A stretch of 64,000 nucleotides of DNA from a virus (lineage: Duplodnaviria; Caudoviricetes), in the IMG/VR virus record IMGVR_UViG_3300032007_000023, positions 1 through 64,000 of that record, one strand, 5' to 3'. A program made the translations under genes and the position numbers. Shown here one piece after another: positions 40,060-51,600 of this stretch (position 1 is its first letter; every line of letters starts with the position of its first letter). The notes below the pieces were generated by a model. It did no database searches and had not been told where the DNA came from. It saw only the letters and a list, made by a program, of their open reading frames with translations.

Positions 40060-42321
40060 TTAGTTATACTGTTTTCTCTGCTGTAATACGGGCAGAAGTT
40101 CTGTGAACTTAGTGAAGAGATAGTTAATATACTCTTGACCTAAACCCATAAAGGTATTGGTTTTACTCATCTGATCAAGGAAGTCTACCATGTCGATCGA
40201 TCCTTGCTTATAAGCAGCATACTGTAAATAGTATGAATGCATAATAAGCATATAGTGGAGATCCGGTATAGATATCGTAACATCCACATTTCCAATCTTA
40301 ACGTCATGAAGTTCATCGATATTACCGATGGTATCATACCAATAAACATCAGTCTTGAGTTTAGTACCTAACAACTTCAGAATGTTCTTCAGATTATCAA
40401 GTTGTGGGAATTGATTGTATTTTGTCGTATCAATTCCGATACCATTCAACTGGCTCATGAGCATTGAGTTATCCTCATACTGTGAACCACGATAGTATGT
40501 TGAAATCTTAGCAAATGCTTTAACTCCCATTCCCGCAAGGAAGTTATAAGTATCATATTCACCGTACTTGATGGGGTTATCTGAATACGGTATAAGATTC
40601 TTATTGTAACGACGTGTTTTAACAGGCTGATCGTAGAGAGTTGTTCTACCTGTTGCAACAGTTGACATAGCCTTTGATGGTTCCTGTTTGAGTACCCATG
40701 TGTACTGGTAACCTACCGGATACTCACCATCAAGTTCTACCCATCTGTGACGAAGTTTTGCTTCGATCTTATAATACTTCATAATGTCAGGCCATTTCTC
40801 ATAGCTTTCAATTAATGAATCACGAACACACTTTTCATTCAGAGGTTGGATCTGAATATAGAATCCGTTTCTAATAAGATCAGCGTATGTTTCTTCAGGA
40901 GCTTCATTATAGACACGCTTTAATTCTTCACCCTGTTCGGGATTGAATGTTGATACAAATTCAATTGCAAGATTCATAATAGATTCATGTGATTCTTTGT
41001 TCTTATCCATTTCAAGGATATGATCCCACATTCTTTCCATCATGAAAGTCATTGATGATTCATATGTTGCAAATGCAATGATTCTATTAGGAACCGCAAG
41101 AGCATTGCATAACATATCAATCGGTCTGCCATCCTTAGTACGAGGCATCAGCTGCCACGGAATTATCTGTGCTATAACAGACTTGTTTCCATAACGTCCA
41201 ACAACCTTCTGTCCTACATGAATATCCTTAGGCTGAAGTATTGTGAACTTTATTACCGTATCAACAATATCTTCCTTGGTTACCCATTTAGATGTATTAA
41301 GGTACTTCTCTGCCTGATGGTATATATCAAGTAATGATGTATCATCCTGATATGGATCAACAACAATAGTTGAGATGAATGCATATATATCAGAATACCA
41401 GTCACGTATCTGACCAAGATAATAGTTGTACTGATCATTATCAACATCGACATTTGAATATATGTCCATATCAACAACGATACCATGTGAGCAGTAATTT
41501 GTATCGTTTATGTGAGGTATTAAAGCCTCGGATGCAGAAGATAGATAAGAATTTTCTCTGATAGAACAGAGTATATCATTCTGAATTTCTTCTCCAACAT
41601 TTGGGAATGGTTTATACAGCTGATCATTACCATACTTATTCAACAAGAATGAACTCTGTTTGATGTTAACAGTAACGATATCAACCATGTCATATGCCAA
41701 AGCTTCAGCTGCTCTGTCTGAGATAACAAGAGCATCTTCTGTAAGCTCAGGCTTAACAGTATATACCATACGAAGATTTCTTCCTGCACAGTAATTATCA
41801 TTTACATATGAGGATGATTGTGCTATCGTTGTTCCTTTTGGTAAAATGTCTCCATCATTAAACTTACCATGAATAGCATTATTCATACGGAAACCATACT
41901 TCTCAACAAGGTGATGTGCAGGTTTAACGATCTCACAAGAATATTTTCCTGTACGGAGATTCTTGAAGATGTAAGCGACTGGAGACACAGCCGAATCCTT
42001 GAACTTTCTGAATGTCTTTACCAGCTTATAGTCATCCTTGGCTTTTATATTCCAAGATGATCTATCACCGAACTCATTCTCAGCACCTGTGAATACACGT
42101 GCGAATTCAGGATTACGAAGAACAACTCTTTGTGATGTATGACGCGTGCCCATAACACCACGAACTGTAGATATCTTGTCTGGGAACACCATTGCTGATG
42201 CACCAAACAAAGACATTGGTGATACTTCTTTAGCTCTTTTTTCGATTTCAGAAGCATTGTTCATCGTACCACGACGACGACGTATTTTGTTGTTTACAGT
42301 GTTAATCTCTTTCTGTTCCAT
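40060..42321 (-). CDS. rpoB: phage multisubunit RNA polymerase, beta C-terminal subunit
   Basis: EDALVIS, GQKVVGRYGNKSVI, GRPIDMLCNALAVPNR, IKYGEYD. Confidence 0.9.
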   Translation of the reverse strand: MEQKEINTVNNKIRRRRGTMNNASEIEKRAKEVSPMSLFGASAMVFPDKISTVRGVMGTRHTSQRVVLRNPEFARVFTGAENEFGDRSSWNIKAKDDYKLVKTFRKFKDSAVSPVAYIFKNLRTGKYSCEIVKPAHHLVEKYGFRMNNAIHGKFNDGDILPKGTTIAQSSSYVNDNYCAGRNLRMVYTVKPELTEDALVISDRAAEALAYDMVDIVTVNIKQSSFLLNKYGNDQLYKPFPNVGEEIQNDILCSIRENSYLSSASEALIPHINDTNYCSHGIVVDMDIYSNVDVDNDQYNYYLGQIRDWYSDIYAFISTIVVDPYQDDTSLLDIYHQAEKYLNTSKWVTKEDIVDTVIKFTILQPKDIHVGQKVVGRYGNKSVIAQIIPWQLMPRTKDGRPIDMLCNALAVPNRIIAFATYESSMTFMMERMWDHILEMDKNKESHESIMNLAIEFVSTFNPEQGEELKRVYNEAPEETYADLIRNGFYIQIQPLNEKCVRDSLIESYEKWPDIMKYYKIEAKLRHRWVELDGEYPVGYQYTWVLKQEPSKAMSTVATGRTTLYDQPVKTRRYNKNLIPYSDNPIKYGEYDTYNFLAGMGVKAFAKISTYYRGSQYEDNSMLMSQLNGIGIDTTKYNQFPQLDNLKNILKLLGTKLKTDVYWYDTIGNIDELHDVKIGNVDVTISIPDLHYMLIMHSYYLQYAAYKQGSIDMVDFLDQMSKTNTFMGLGQEYINYLFTKFTELLPVLQQRKQYN

Positions 42322-42385
42322 GCCTTATCACTCCTATGTTTTAGATTTTAACAAGATTTCCTCCTTTCGGAAGAATTATATATGT

Positions 42386-43210
42386 TCATATTTTAGATAA
42401 AACCTCTCTCACATATTTTGCACATGGAGAGTCTTCTGCTTTCTTATTGTTAAAATCAGACATAGCAAATGATATGATAAGATACACACCGAGTATCAGT
42501 ATGATATCATTCTTGAGAACCATGTTGTTTACAAGTCTCATCATAAGATTTACAACATCCAACTTAGGAGCATCCTCGGATGTATTATAGTATTTATAAA
42601 CAGCGGATATATCCGGATTGAATAATACATCCTCACACTTTGAAGCATACTTCTCGGGATTTGTTTTATTCGTTTTGATATAATCTTTCCAATCCTTAAG
42701 AGTTATATTTTCAACAATATACTCAATGATTGGTGTGTAGTTAGAAAATATATTCAAACGAATAATGTCTATCTGGTCAAGATACTTGAATAACATGAAA
42801 TACAAGAAAAGATCGTCATGAAACTTTTCAACATTTTTGGGATCTTGCTTAAGAAGGATCACCAATGCGTTTGCCGGGCCATAAGTCTCTTCAATGAGAG
42901 ATAATGGCATTCTTTTTGTAATCTCTATATATTCCGCAGCCAACTGATTGATCATGAACAGTTCTTTCGTTTCTTTCATTTCGTTTGAATCATTGGGAAC
43001 GAAAGCATCAGTTGGTGATGTTACGAGCTCAATATCACTGAGAGCATTTCGGAATTCCTGGTCAAACATTTCTCTTGTAATAATATCACTCTTTTTATGA
43101 TTAAGCATAATCATTGTGTGGTAAAATATATTACAAGCAGCTATGTTAGCCTTATGAGTATTAAATCTTCCTACGAACTCTTCAAGCATTTTATTTGGGA
43201 TAGTTATCAT
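42386..43210 (-). CDS. hypothetical protein
   Basis: AGGAGG SD; 274 aa. Confidence 0.75.
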   Translation of the reverse strand: MITIPNKMLEEFVGRFNTHKANIAACNIFYHTMIMLNHKKSDIITREMFDQEFRNALSDIELVTSPTDAFVPNDSNEMKETKELFMINQLAAEYIEITKRMPLSLIEETYGPANALVILLKQDPKNVEKFHDDLFLYFMLFKYLDQIDIIRLNIFSNYTPIIEYIVENITLKDWKDYIKTNKTNPEKYASKCEDVLFNPDISAVYKYYNTSEDAPKLDVVNLMMRLVNNMVLKNDIILILGVYLIISFAMSDFNNKKAEDSPCAKYVREVLSKI

Positions 43211-43236
43211 CCTATAAACCTCCTACATATGGAAGC

Positions 43237-43368
43237 CTATGTTGTTCTCAAATAATATTGGTCTCGTAAGGCACAATAGTTATCAATAACATAGGGCCAT
43301 CCATTATTTTGTATATACCAGCAAATGTATTCATTTAACTGGGAAAAACCTGACATATTATCATTCAT
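43237..43368 (-). CDS. possible 43-aa protein (not in ORF track)
   Basis: GAGGTG SD then MNDNMSGFSQLNEYICWYIQNNGWPYVIDNYCALRDQYYLRTT*; fills the gap. Confidence 0.4.
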   Translation of the reverse strand: MNDNMSGFSQLNEYICWYIQNNGWPYVIDNYCALRDQYYLRTT

Positions 43369-43394
43369 TCAACTCACCTCACATTTTAGATGTA

Positions 43395-43676
43395 TTAGGT
43401 AAGTTCATCTATGATATCTTCGAACGGTGTTCCGGCGTACATCGCAGGATCTCCAGCATATCCACCCATATTATTTGTCTGAGGTGGTGGCTGCTGATTT
43501 GCATAACGTTGCATTGCATTATTACGACGAGCCTCAGCTTGACGCATCTGCAATTCCTGTTGTCTGTTTGCTTCTTCAATCTGCTTAATTCGAATGTCTC
43601 GAAGGCGATGCACGAATGGAAGCGGCATTCGTGCAAGCATCTCCATAGGGATTAGTTTGTTAAACATTAATCCCAT
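43395..43676 (-). CDS. small protein with Q-rich C-terminus
   Basis: 93 aa directly after the baseplate-assembly-like gene. Confidence 0.6.
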   Translation of the reverse strand: MGLMFNKLIPMEMLARMPLPFVHRLRDIRIKQIEEANRQQELQMRQAEARRNNAMQRYANQQPPPQTNNMGGYAGDPAMYAGTPFEDIIDELT

Positions 43677-43687
43677 CTCAACGATTT

Positions 43688-45553
43688 CTAATCCATCTCG
43701 ATTAAGTTTATCTGAGTATTGCTGAGCCTTCGAGATACCTGGAAAAGCAACGATGTTCCTATATCAGTGATCGGTATAAAGTCCTCATGTCTACCGCATG
43801 AAGGGCAGTTTATATTCTCAACACGGAATGAAATAGGAGAAACTGTTTCTCTTGTTTTCTCGATCAGCTTGAGAAGTATACCGGAATCATATGAATCAAG
43901 AGACTTTGTGATTATCTCTTCGATCTGTTCCCAGTTAGTGAAACGATATTCCTTGTTCTTTCCTGTCTTAGGATCAGGACGAACGATTGTCATTGCAGAA
44001 ACGAACAATGCGTTTGCAGAAAGATAATCGAACTGAGCCATTGATACATCATTCGGATCAAGTTCTGTCATGTTTCCGTCAGGACGGAATCTCTTATAAA
44101 GGTCATTGATAAGAGGAAGCTTCTTTGTAACGAAATCGTATGCAGAAGGTTCATTAAGCTCTGCAATGATTCCAGTGTGAGGAAGCTTGAAACGTCTTCT
44201 ACGACCATTTACCTTTTCCCAGATCTTAACCGCATCAGGACCGACAGATGCGTCATAAGAAGGAACATACCAGTCAGGTACATGCTCTTCATCAATATGA
44301 AGAATGCTGCGAGGATGATAATTGATCTTGATCTGCTTCTTACAGTTAGGATTTCCACATGTGATAGAGAGTGTCTCTTCATCATCAGCTGTAGCAACGA
44401 GAAGACCCCACATAAGAAGTTCACGATCCTGATACTTTGTCTTCTTCATGAAGTCTTCAAGATCCTTGAATTCTCCGATAGAAGGACTCTTAAGGTGTTC
44501 ATAGATTACAGACCACTTCTTGAGTTCGTTATCAGAACCATTCTGTGATGCAGGTGCTGTGAGCTTGATAAAGTCAAACCAGTTGATGGATCTCATTACA
44601 CAACGATATCCTGACAGAGGAAGTGTTATAGGCGTATCATTTATACCAGAATCATAGACACTGATGATACCTTCCTGATCTGAGTTCTCAACGATAGTTG
44701 TTGAAAGCAGCTCATCTTCAGTGACTTCCTTAACGAAGATATTTACTTCATTGGATTCAACTGTTTCAGGAATAATAGATTCGTCAACCTTAACAGTTAC
44801 ATTTGCACCCTTCTCAACATTAATATTGATCTTAGGTGTTTCCTGTTTCACATTGTTTGTTATAGTGGTTTCGGGAACAGTATTTGTGTTGTTTGCTGCA
44901 GGAGCCTCTGTATCAACAACAACACCATTCTGAATATTATGAATAGCCAGAGTTCCGTTAGGCATTACCCAGTTCCTAAGAATTGTTTCTTCGAACTCCC
45001 TGGTGATCTTTTCACCATTCTTGTGATAGATATCAATGAGTTCACCCATGACAGCCATCTTTCCAAGAGTACCAAGCTTAGGATCAGGTAATTCATTGAT
45101 ACCACCGGAGATAAGCTTATACTTAGCAACAACTCTGTTTACCATAGCTGATACAATATTGAGTTTATCAGACTGATATGATACAGCTGTATCATTATAC
45201 TTCATATCATGTTCATCGGGTGGCATGAAAGGTGTTGCAGCTTTCTTGATCTCCTTCTGTCTACGTAATTCTTCACCAGCAGCAATACGAGCATCCTTAT
45301 CATGTGCTTCCTCAGCAGCGATCTCATCATCAAGATCGTTATCACCATAGATATCCTCATCAGGAATCATAGGAGGAGCAACTTCAACAGGTTCTATAGG
45401 TGCCGGTTCATCAGACGATTCATTGAAAGTAATAGGCTCAACTTCTTCTTCGATTACACTGGGCTTGTCTTCAGGAATGGGAGTTCCATCCTTAGCAGCC
45501 TTAGTACGATTCAGAAGTCTTTCCAATGCATCATCATTTTTATTATTGGCCAT
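43688..45553 (-). CDS. baseplate hub assembly-like protein (T4 gp26/gp51-like C-half) with acidic N-extension
   Basis: PITLPLSG, ITCGNPNC, FKLPHTG, NCPSCG. Confidence 0.5.
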   Translation of the reverse strand: MANNKNDDALERLLNRTKAAKDGTPIPEDKPSVIEEEVEPITFNESSDEPAPIEPVEVAPPMIPDEDIYGDNDLDDEIAAEEAHDKDARIAAGEELRRQKEIKKAATPFMPPDEHDMKYNDTAVSYQSDKLNIVSAMVNRVVAKYKLISGGINELPDPKLGTLGKMAVMGELIDIYHKNGEKITREFEETILRNWVMPNGTLAIHNIQNGVVVDTEAPAANNTNTVPETTITNNVKQETPKININVEKGANVTVKVDESIIPETVESNEVNIFVKEVTEDELLSTTIVENSDQEGIISVYDSGINDTPITLPLSGYRCVMRSINWFDFIKLTAPASQNGSDNELKKWSVIYEHLKSPSIGEFKDLEDFMKKTKYQDRELLMWGLLVATADDEETLSITCGNPNCKKQIKINYHPRSILHIDEEHVPDWYVPSYDASVGPDAVKIWEKVNGRRRRFKLPHTGIIAELNEPSAYDFVTKKLPLINDLYKRFRPDGNMTELDPNDVSMAQFDYLSANALFVSAMTIVRPDPKTGKNKEYRFTNWEQIEEIITKSLDSYDSGILLKLIEKTRETVSPISFRVENINCPSCGRHEDFIPITDIGTSLLFQVSRRLSNTQINLIEMD

Positions 45554-45689
45554 AGTATTTCTCCTTTACTAAGATTTTATATTTGCAATATGCAAATAAA
45601 TCATACATGTAAAATTTAAAAATTATACATATATCATTTATATGCATATGACAGAATTATACTAATTTAAAAAAAAGGTTGGTGATATA

Positions 45690-46385
45690 ATGAATGAAAA
45701 ACTTATGTGGTTTAACCAAGACATCCAATTTATGTTTCATTCAAATATCGTTGAATATGATATGAGAGCAATGTCAGTATCTATATCAGAAAAATATGGA
45801 TTACTTGATGAAGAAACAATAAGGGTGTTAAAGTTATTACCAAAAGAACAAAGAACGAAAAGAGTGGGTCTATTACAGAAAGACGATAAAAACTACTCAG
45901 AGCGTCTAATACAATGTGAGCTTGAAACCAGAAGAAAATTCCTGGAAACAAATGGTTTAGACAAAACCAATGTTATATCTCTCCATTCAGATGCATGCAT
46001 ATTCAATTCTAAAAAGAAAGTAATTAACAATATTGAAGGTATTGAATTTAAACATGCTAACACATGGACTGCATATATGATATATAAAGGAATCGAAATG
46101 TTCTATGCAGATGGAGTTATTACATACAAAGGCATACCAAAAGAGATGTTAAATAAACATACTCTTGGTATTCATAAGTACCTGTGTACTGTATTTGATA
46201 AAGTCGAAAACTATGATCCTGAGATTCTGGATTTCTTATCAAAGTTCCAACGTAGATATCTTCAGGATAAGTTACAAGATTTCTTTTACATTCCATTCGG
46301 TAGAATGGGTGATTATAAAATGAGCAATCTTGGACTACTGTCATTTGTGGCGAAAGTTGTATTAGAAGAAATGAAGGGATGGTAA
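45690..46385 (+). CDS. minimal family-B DNA polymerase palm-like protein
   Basis: VEYDMRAMSVSI (motif A-like), SLHSDACIF (motif C-like), TYKGI; only 231 aa. Confidence 0.55.
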   Translation: MNEKLMWFNQDIQFMFHSNIVEYDMRAMSVSISEKYGLLDEETIRVLKLLPKEQRTKRVGLLQKDDKNYSERLIQCELETRRKFLETNGLDKTNVISLHSDACIFNSKKKVINNIEGIEFKHANTWTAYMIYKGIEMFYADGVITYKGIPKEMLNKHTLGIHKYLCTVFDKVENYDPEILDFLSKFQRRYLQDKLQDFFYIPFGRMGDYKMSNLGLLSFVAKVVLEEMKGW

Positions 46386-46386
46386 C

Positions 46387-47028
46387 ATGGAAGAATATTA
46401 TTTCAAGTTTGAATTCTCTTCTGTACATTGCAAATCAAAAAGTATAAATTATTATGTACTGGCTAAAAATATGGATGACTTGAAATTATTCTTATCACAG
46501 CACGGATTCAATAATGTACCGCCTGAAGCAATCAAGTTAATTCCTAGGAATAAAACCGGTAAGTATGATGAAAATTGTGTGCTCGAACCTTATAGGTTTA
46601 AATCAAATTCATCATCAGAAATATTTACAGTGATGACATGCTGGCGATACATAGACGAAGCTGTATCAAAAGTAGCATCTGATCTATCACAGTATATGTT
46701 ATTTGGTGAAGCAATTGTACGAAGAGATATCGAAATATTCAAAACAATCGGAGATCTTATACAAAATTTGGGTGTAGCACATGTTATAGATTTCTCATTG
46801 TGTGATGTCGATGATACGAATGACTCAATCTTGAGTAGTAGAGAAATTCGTGATATGCATAAAAAATATTGTCAACGTGTAGGAGCACCAACAGAAGATA
46901 CAGATGTTGTTCTTACATATGAACGATTATTTGAATCAGTTGATAATGAGTATGATGACGTACTACCTATAACAATTGAATGTTACATCAGTAACTTTAC
47001 AGAAATGATGATGGACGTATTCGAATAG
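46387..47028 (+). CDS. hypothetical protein
   Basis: 213 aa, coupled to the upstream gene. Confidence 0.75.
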   Translation: MEEYYFKFEFSSVHCKSKSINYYVLAKNMDDLKLFLSQHGFNNVPPEAIKLIPRNKTGKYDENCVLEPYRFKSNSSSEIFTVMTCWRYIDEAVSKVASDLSQYMLFGEAIVRRDIEIFKTIGDLIQNLGVAHVIDFSLCDVDDTNDSILSSREIRDMHKKYCQRVGAPTEDTDVVLTYERLFESVDNEYDDVLPITIECYISNFTEMMMDVFE

Positions 47029-47041
47029 GAGGTTATATAAA

Positions 47042-47434
47042 ATGGCGAAAAAAGAAGTGACACCAGTAGAACTTGTTGAATCTCATAAACCCAAAAACTT
47101 CAAGTTCAAGTATATCTTTACGGATGAATCATTATTAAAAGAATTGATGGAGAGCGATTTCGATATAGGAACACTTGACACAATATGTGATGATGCTCTT
47201 GTTGAAGCAGCACTTGGTGCTGAGTTTACAATGTATGAAAGAGATATCGTCGGTAAAGCAAAGAATCCGACAATAATGGATGATGGAATAATCATCTCAA
47301 AGAAAATGGTTACGAAAGCCGATAAGAAATTATTGGGTGTCTATATAGGATTCTTTGATTATAATACAAAACATGTCGCAATCAAATTACATTATGAGAG
47401 ATTCGACATAATAGAAATATTCAATTTAATATAA
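47042..47434 (+). CDS. hypothetical protein
   Basis: AGGAGG SD; 130 aa. Confidence 0.75.
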   Translation: MAKKEVTPVELVESHKPKNFKFKYIFTDESLLKELMESDFDIGTLDTICDDALVEAALGAEFTMYERDIVGKAKNPTIMDDGIIISKKMVTKADKKLLGVYIGFFDYNTKHVAIKLHYERFDIIEIFNLI

Positions 47435-47444
47435 AATAAGATGC

Positions 47445-47479
47445 GGGGGCTAAATGCCCCCACACCTTTATTTTTTTTT
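47445..47479. terminator. terminator between convergent genes
   Basis: GGGGGC-TAAAT-GCCCCC plus T-tract. Confidence 0.65.
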
Positions 47480-48608
47480 ATAATGGGTTAGCACCTGTAG
47501 CATACGGATTTCCAATATCTGTGTAGTTATTGAAAGTCTCGTCGTTATAGATCTTAGAGTGATCCTCAGGTGTAACTGCATGAGGAGTCGGTGAATTACG
47601 AACAACAGCGTCAGTATTTGCATACATAACAGGAGCATTACCAAGACCTGTCTGAACAGAGTCGAGGTTAGGTCTCTTACCACCGTTGAAGATAGCAGTG
47701 TTGATGTCACCGTAAGGAGCTTCCTGAGCAAGATCGAAGAATGCATCACCAGCACCAGGATTGTAGTTAAGTGAGTTACCGAATACAGCGAACTGCTTAA
47801 CGTATCTGGTAGCGATATCGTTTACATATGCAGACTGTACGTACTGACAGTTGTATGTAAGCTGGAGGTTCTGGATCTGTGACTGACCTGTGTTGTTTGA
47901 ATTGAATATGTCATTACCAACCTTTGCAGAAGGTACACAGCCGAGTGCCATTGTAGCAGCTTCAACACGAGCACCTGATCTGTCAAGAGCGATGATAAGG
48001 AACTCAGCAACTTCCCAAGCCGGAGAAGGATCAAGAGCTACACCTGAAGCAGATGCAAGAGCATTACCGCCAGTAACAGGTGAGAAGATTCTCTGAGGTG
48101 TCTGGTCTTCAGCAACTGAACCAGCTACGAGACCATGGTAAGTTGTAAGGCCTGTGATAGGATCTGCAATACCGTCGATCCACATATTATGGAAGTTTGC
48201 AACAGGACGACCTACCATTTCAGGAACCTGGATGGTGAGAGTCTGACCAGACTGTGCATTCTGAGTTGTAGGGATAGAAATGCTTCTACCCGCAAAACCA
48301 CCCTGGAGAGTAGCAGGAGCGAGAGAAGCATCTCCAATGTTACAAGTGATGCCAGTATTGTAATACTCAACGATCTTCTTGTAAGTACCGAACTCATTCT
48401 TCGGATCATATGCGTTATTCTCATCACCACCGAAGTAGTGCATGAGGAAGTAAGGACCACGATACATTACGCAGAGTACGCGGTTGGTAGTGAGAGGATT
48501 AAGACTTCTGAGGGTATGCACGTCAGGTGTGAGACCACCATACATACCTGTGTACTGTGAAAGGTCACCGTTGTATTCACGGATGCCTGTCTGTAAACTG
48601 ATAGCCAT
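47478..48608 (-). CDS. tail tube protein
   Basis: immediately downstream of the sheath gene; LTIQVPE..G.PV...WIDGIADP tube-like pattern. Confidence 0.65.
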   Translation of the reverse strand: MAISLQTGIREYNGDLSQYTGMYGGLTPDVHTLRSLNPLTTNRVLCVMYRGPYFLMHYFGGDENNAYDPKNEFGTYKKIVEYYNTGITCNIGDASLAPATLQGGFAGRSISIPTTQNAQSGQTLTIQVPEMVGRPVANFHNMWIDGIADPITGLTTYHGLVAGSVAEDQTPQRIFSPVTGGNALASASGVALDPSPAWEVAEFLIIALDRSGARVEAATMALGCVPSAKVGNDIFNSNNTGQSQIQNLQLTYNCQYVQSAYVNDIATRYVKQFAVFGNSLNYNPGAGDAFFDLAQEAPYGDINTAIFNGGKRPNLDSVQTGLGNAPVMYANTDAVVRNSPTPHAVTPEDHSKIYNDETFNNYTDIGNPYATGANPL

Positions 48609-48631
48609 AAATTATATCTCCTTTCCTACCA

Positions 48632-51600
48632 TTATTCAGAGTCTGTACGTCTCTGTACGTTTACGATGATCGGAACTCTGAGTATGAGACCACGGAATGT
48701 AACGTTGCAGTAGCAAACTACGATCTCACCACCATCGAGAGGATTGATGTCTCTCTGGAATGTGATATCAAGAGCCTGTACAAGATTACCTACCCAGTTT
48801 GTGAACAGGTTATCAACGTCATCCTTAAGAGTCTTGAGAACGCCGTCATCATTATACTCAAGCAGATAAGAATCGATCTTGTTCTGGAGGAGATATACGA
48901 GCTGAGAAAGTGTTCTCATGTTGTTCTCCTGGATCAGATCTGAAGTATCGCCTTCTCTGTAGAGTGTGCGCTGTGACTTTCTCTGGAGGTTTCCATTAAC
49001 ATCCATGATCCAAGCGTTACCACCTGAATTGTAGAGAAGTTCTCTCTCTTCCCAGTCAGTAGTATCGATATCCGGGAAGAATGAGATATACTGATCAGGA
49101 GCGATGTTAGTGTACTTACCTGTGAAAGGCTTATTGACTGTAAAGCGCTTCATGTGTCCGATCATGTTATCGACGAGCGCCTTAGTATATGTGTATGCAA
49201 TGCCATCAGCAGATGATACATAACCACCGATATCCCAAGAAGCATTCGGGTTAGAGAACTTCTTAGAGAATGTCTGGTTAATAAGCATAGCTGTATTAGC
49301 ATCAGTAACACCAGAGTCAAGATGGAGTGAGAGACCAGAACCAGGTCCGATAGGTCTCTTATCCTCAGGAATACCCTGATAGCAACGACGGATCATGAGA
49401 TCATACATTGCCTGCTTAACGTCTATATCAGTAAAGTCCTTGATATTTGAAATCAAGTCATTGTTAAGAAGGATTGCCTCCTTCTCATCGTCTGTATAGA
49501 TTGTTGAAGCATTTATGATATCGATTGGCTTGTAAACCATGTAAGGAAGAATGGTCTGACCAACGATAGTATTCGTACCACCGTCGAAGAGGTACTTAGC
49601 AGGACATCTTGTGGTTGAGTTGATACGAGGATCTTTCTCACCCTTATATGCCTGAACGAGGAGTTCGGAATAACGCCACTTGAATTCGATATCAGAGATA
49701 TCATCATCGAAGAAGCCAGCATAACCGTTCTCGATCGGAATACCACCCATCTCAGTATTCGGGTTTACACCGTAATTCTGTGAGTAGTAGTTAGCAGGAA
49801 TCTCAGTAGGATCCATACCATAACGGTAGATAGAACCCTGAGTACCAGCGATAGTATAACGCTTGATCATTGTAGGATCAGCATTAGCAGGATTGATCTC
49901 AACAGCTATATCTGATTCAGTGATCTTGATTGTAAGACCAGATGCAGTACCATTGGTATATACATCAGTAACTGTAGTACCCCAACCATCAGCACTTGTG
50001 ATGAGATTATATTCATATCCGTTTTCAGTATAAACTGTTTTGATAGTGTCACCCCAACCGGTTGCTGATTTAACGAGAGTGTATACATAAGGATCGCCTG
50101 CAGTATCAGTACCAGTTCTTGTGTAATACCTGTTCTCTTCGAAAGGAGGTACATAAACAGGTTCTGTCTGAGTACCAGTATTCTCAATTGTTATACCTTC
50201 GCTGTATGCCTTGGAACGAGAATAGAATGTATTCACAGCAAATTCCGGTTCATAGTGAGGAGCAGCTTCAGGATCTGTCTCAGTGTTTACGATCTCAACA
50301 TGAATATACTTATCATATGGAGTTGTTGCATATTCACCGGGAACGATCTTAGTTGATGAAGCATCTGAAGATTCGAAAGCAACTTCAACATTCTTCATAT
50401 CCTTCTTATCCCCTGTATCCGGAATAGGAGTTACAGCAGTAACTTTGAATGAAGTTTCGGGATAAGCAGCAAGAGTAACGATATCATTTACTGCATAAGG
50501 ACCTGTACTCTTAGGAGCTGCAGCAGTATCAGTAGAAGCACCGCCGTTTATCTTCCATGTCACATCGAAACCTGTTTCACTAGAGCTGTCATCAGAATCC
50601 TGATAGAGCATGAGATCGTATGAAGTTCCAACGATTGGCTTAGTAACAGCGAATGATGTAGGACAGATACCTACATAGAATGGTGTATTAGTCTGAGTAA
50701 CTACCTCTGTTCTATCTTCAACACCCTTGTAGCCGTTTACATATACCTTACCACAATTTGTGGTGTCTGTTGTGTCGATATTGATATATGTTGTACCAGG
50801 AGTCTTGTAGAACTCATCAGTTTCAGATGTAGCAAAAGAAGTGATCTTAGATGAAGGATATGCAAGCATTGGATAGATTTCTTTCTTGGTTGTATATACA
50901 ACAGAATTATCAGAATCTATTGTTGGAGTACCAGTAGTTGAAGCATCCTTATCAGCATAAGCAATCTTCGCAATGAAGAAATTGTTGAGCTTATTAACAG
51001 GATCAACTGATACCTTATTTTCAACAAGAATGAAATCAGGCTGGTATTCAATGTATGTCACATCTCCATCTTTCCTTGTGGACTTCTTACGAGGAGCAAG
51101 TTTACCACGATTGATGAGATCTGAAACCTGAGCAGTTACCTTTTCCAGAGTCTTTCCTTCAGTAGAAATATATGCACGGAACATATCCAGAATAGGCTTA
51201 GTTCCATCTGTTCCACCAGTCTTAATCTGAGAAATCGGTATAGAAGTGATAGCACCAGTATACTGATTGATGGTTGTAATGAGAGTAAGTGCCATTGTTG
51301 CTGTGTTAGTAACAAAGAGGTCACCTACGTGATACGGGTTATCAGGATTTGAAACACCGTATGTCTTTGAATCGAGATAAGCATTCAATGCGTCCGGCTT
51401 TTCGATGTATTCAGCAGCTGATTCATCAGTACCGAGGAATACCTTGATTCTGTTTGCAGTATCAAGCTGAGGAATATCAAGATCGAACATGTCAACCTGG
51501 AAGTATGGGAGCTTAACATCAGAGTCACCATTGTAAATATAACGACCATAAATAGGATCGAAGATATTAACATTCATGGTTACATATACATCCTTAACCC

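Noticed and set aside
45580-45598. TATTTGCA-ATA-TGCAAATA inverted repeat between divergent genes
   Set aside because: Single AT-rich instance with no second copy seen; could be chance
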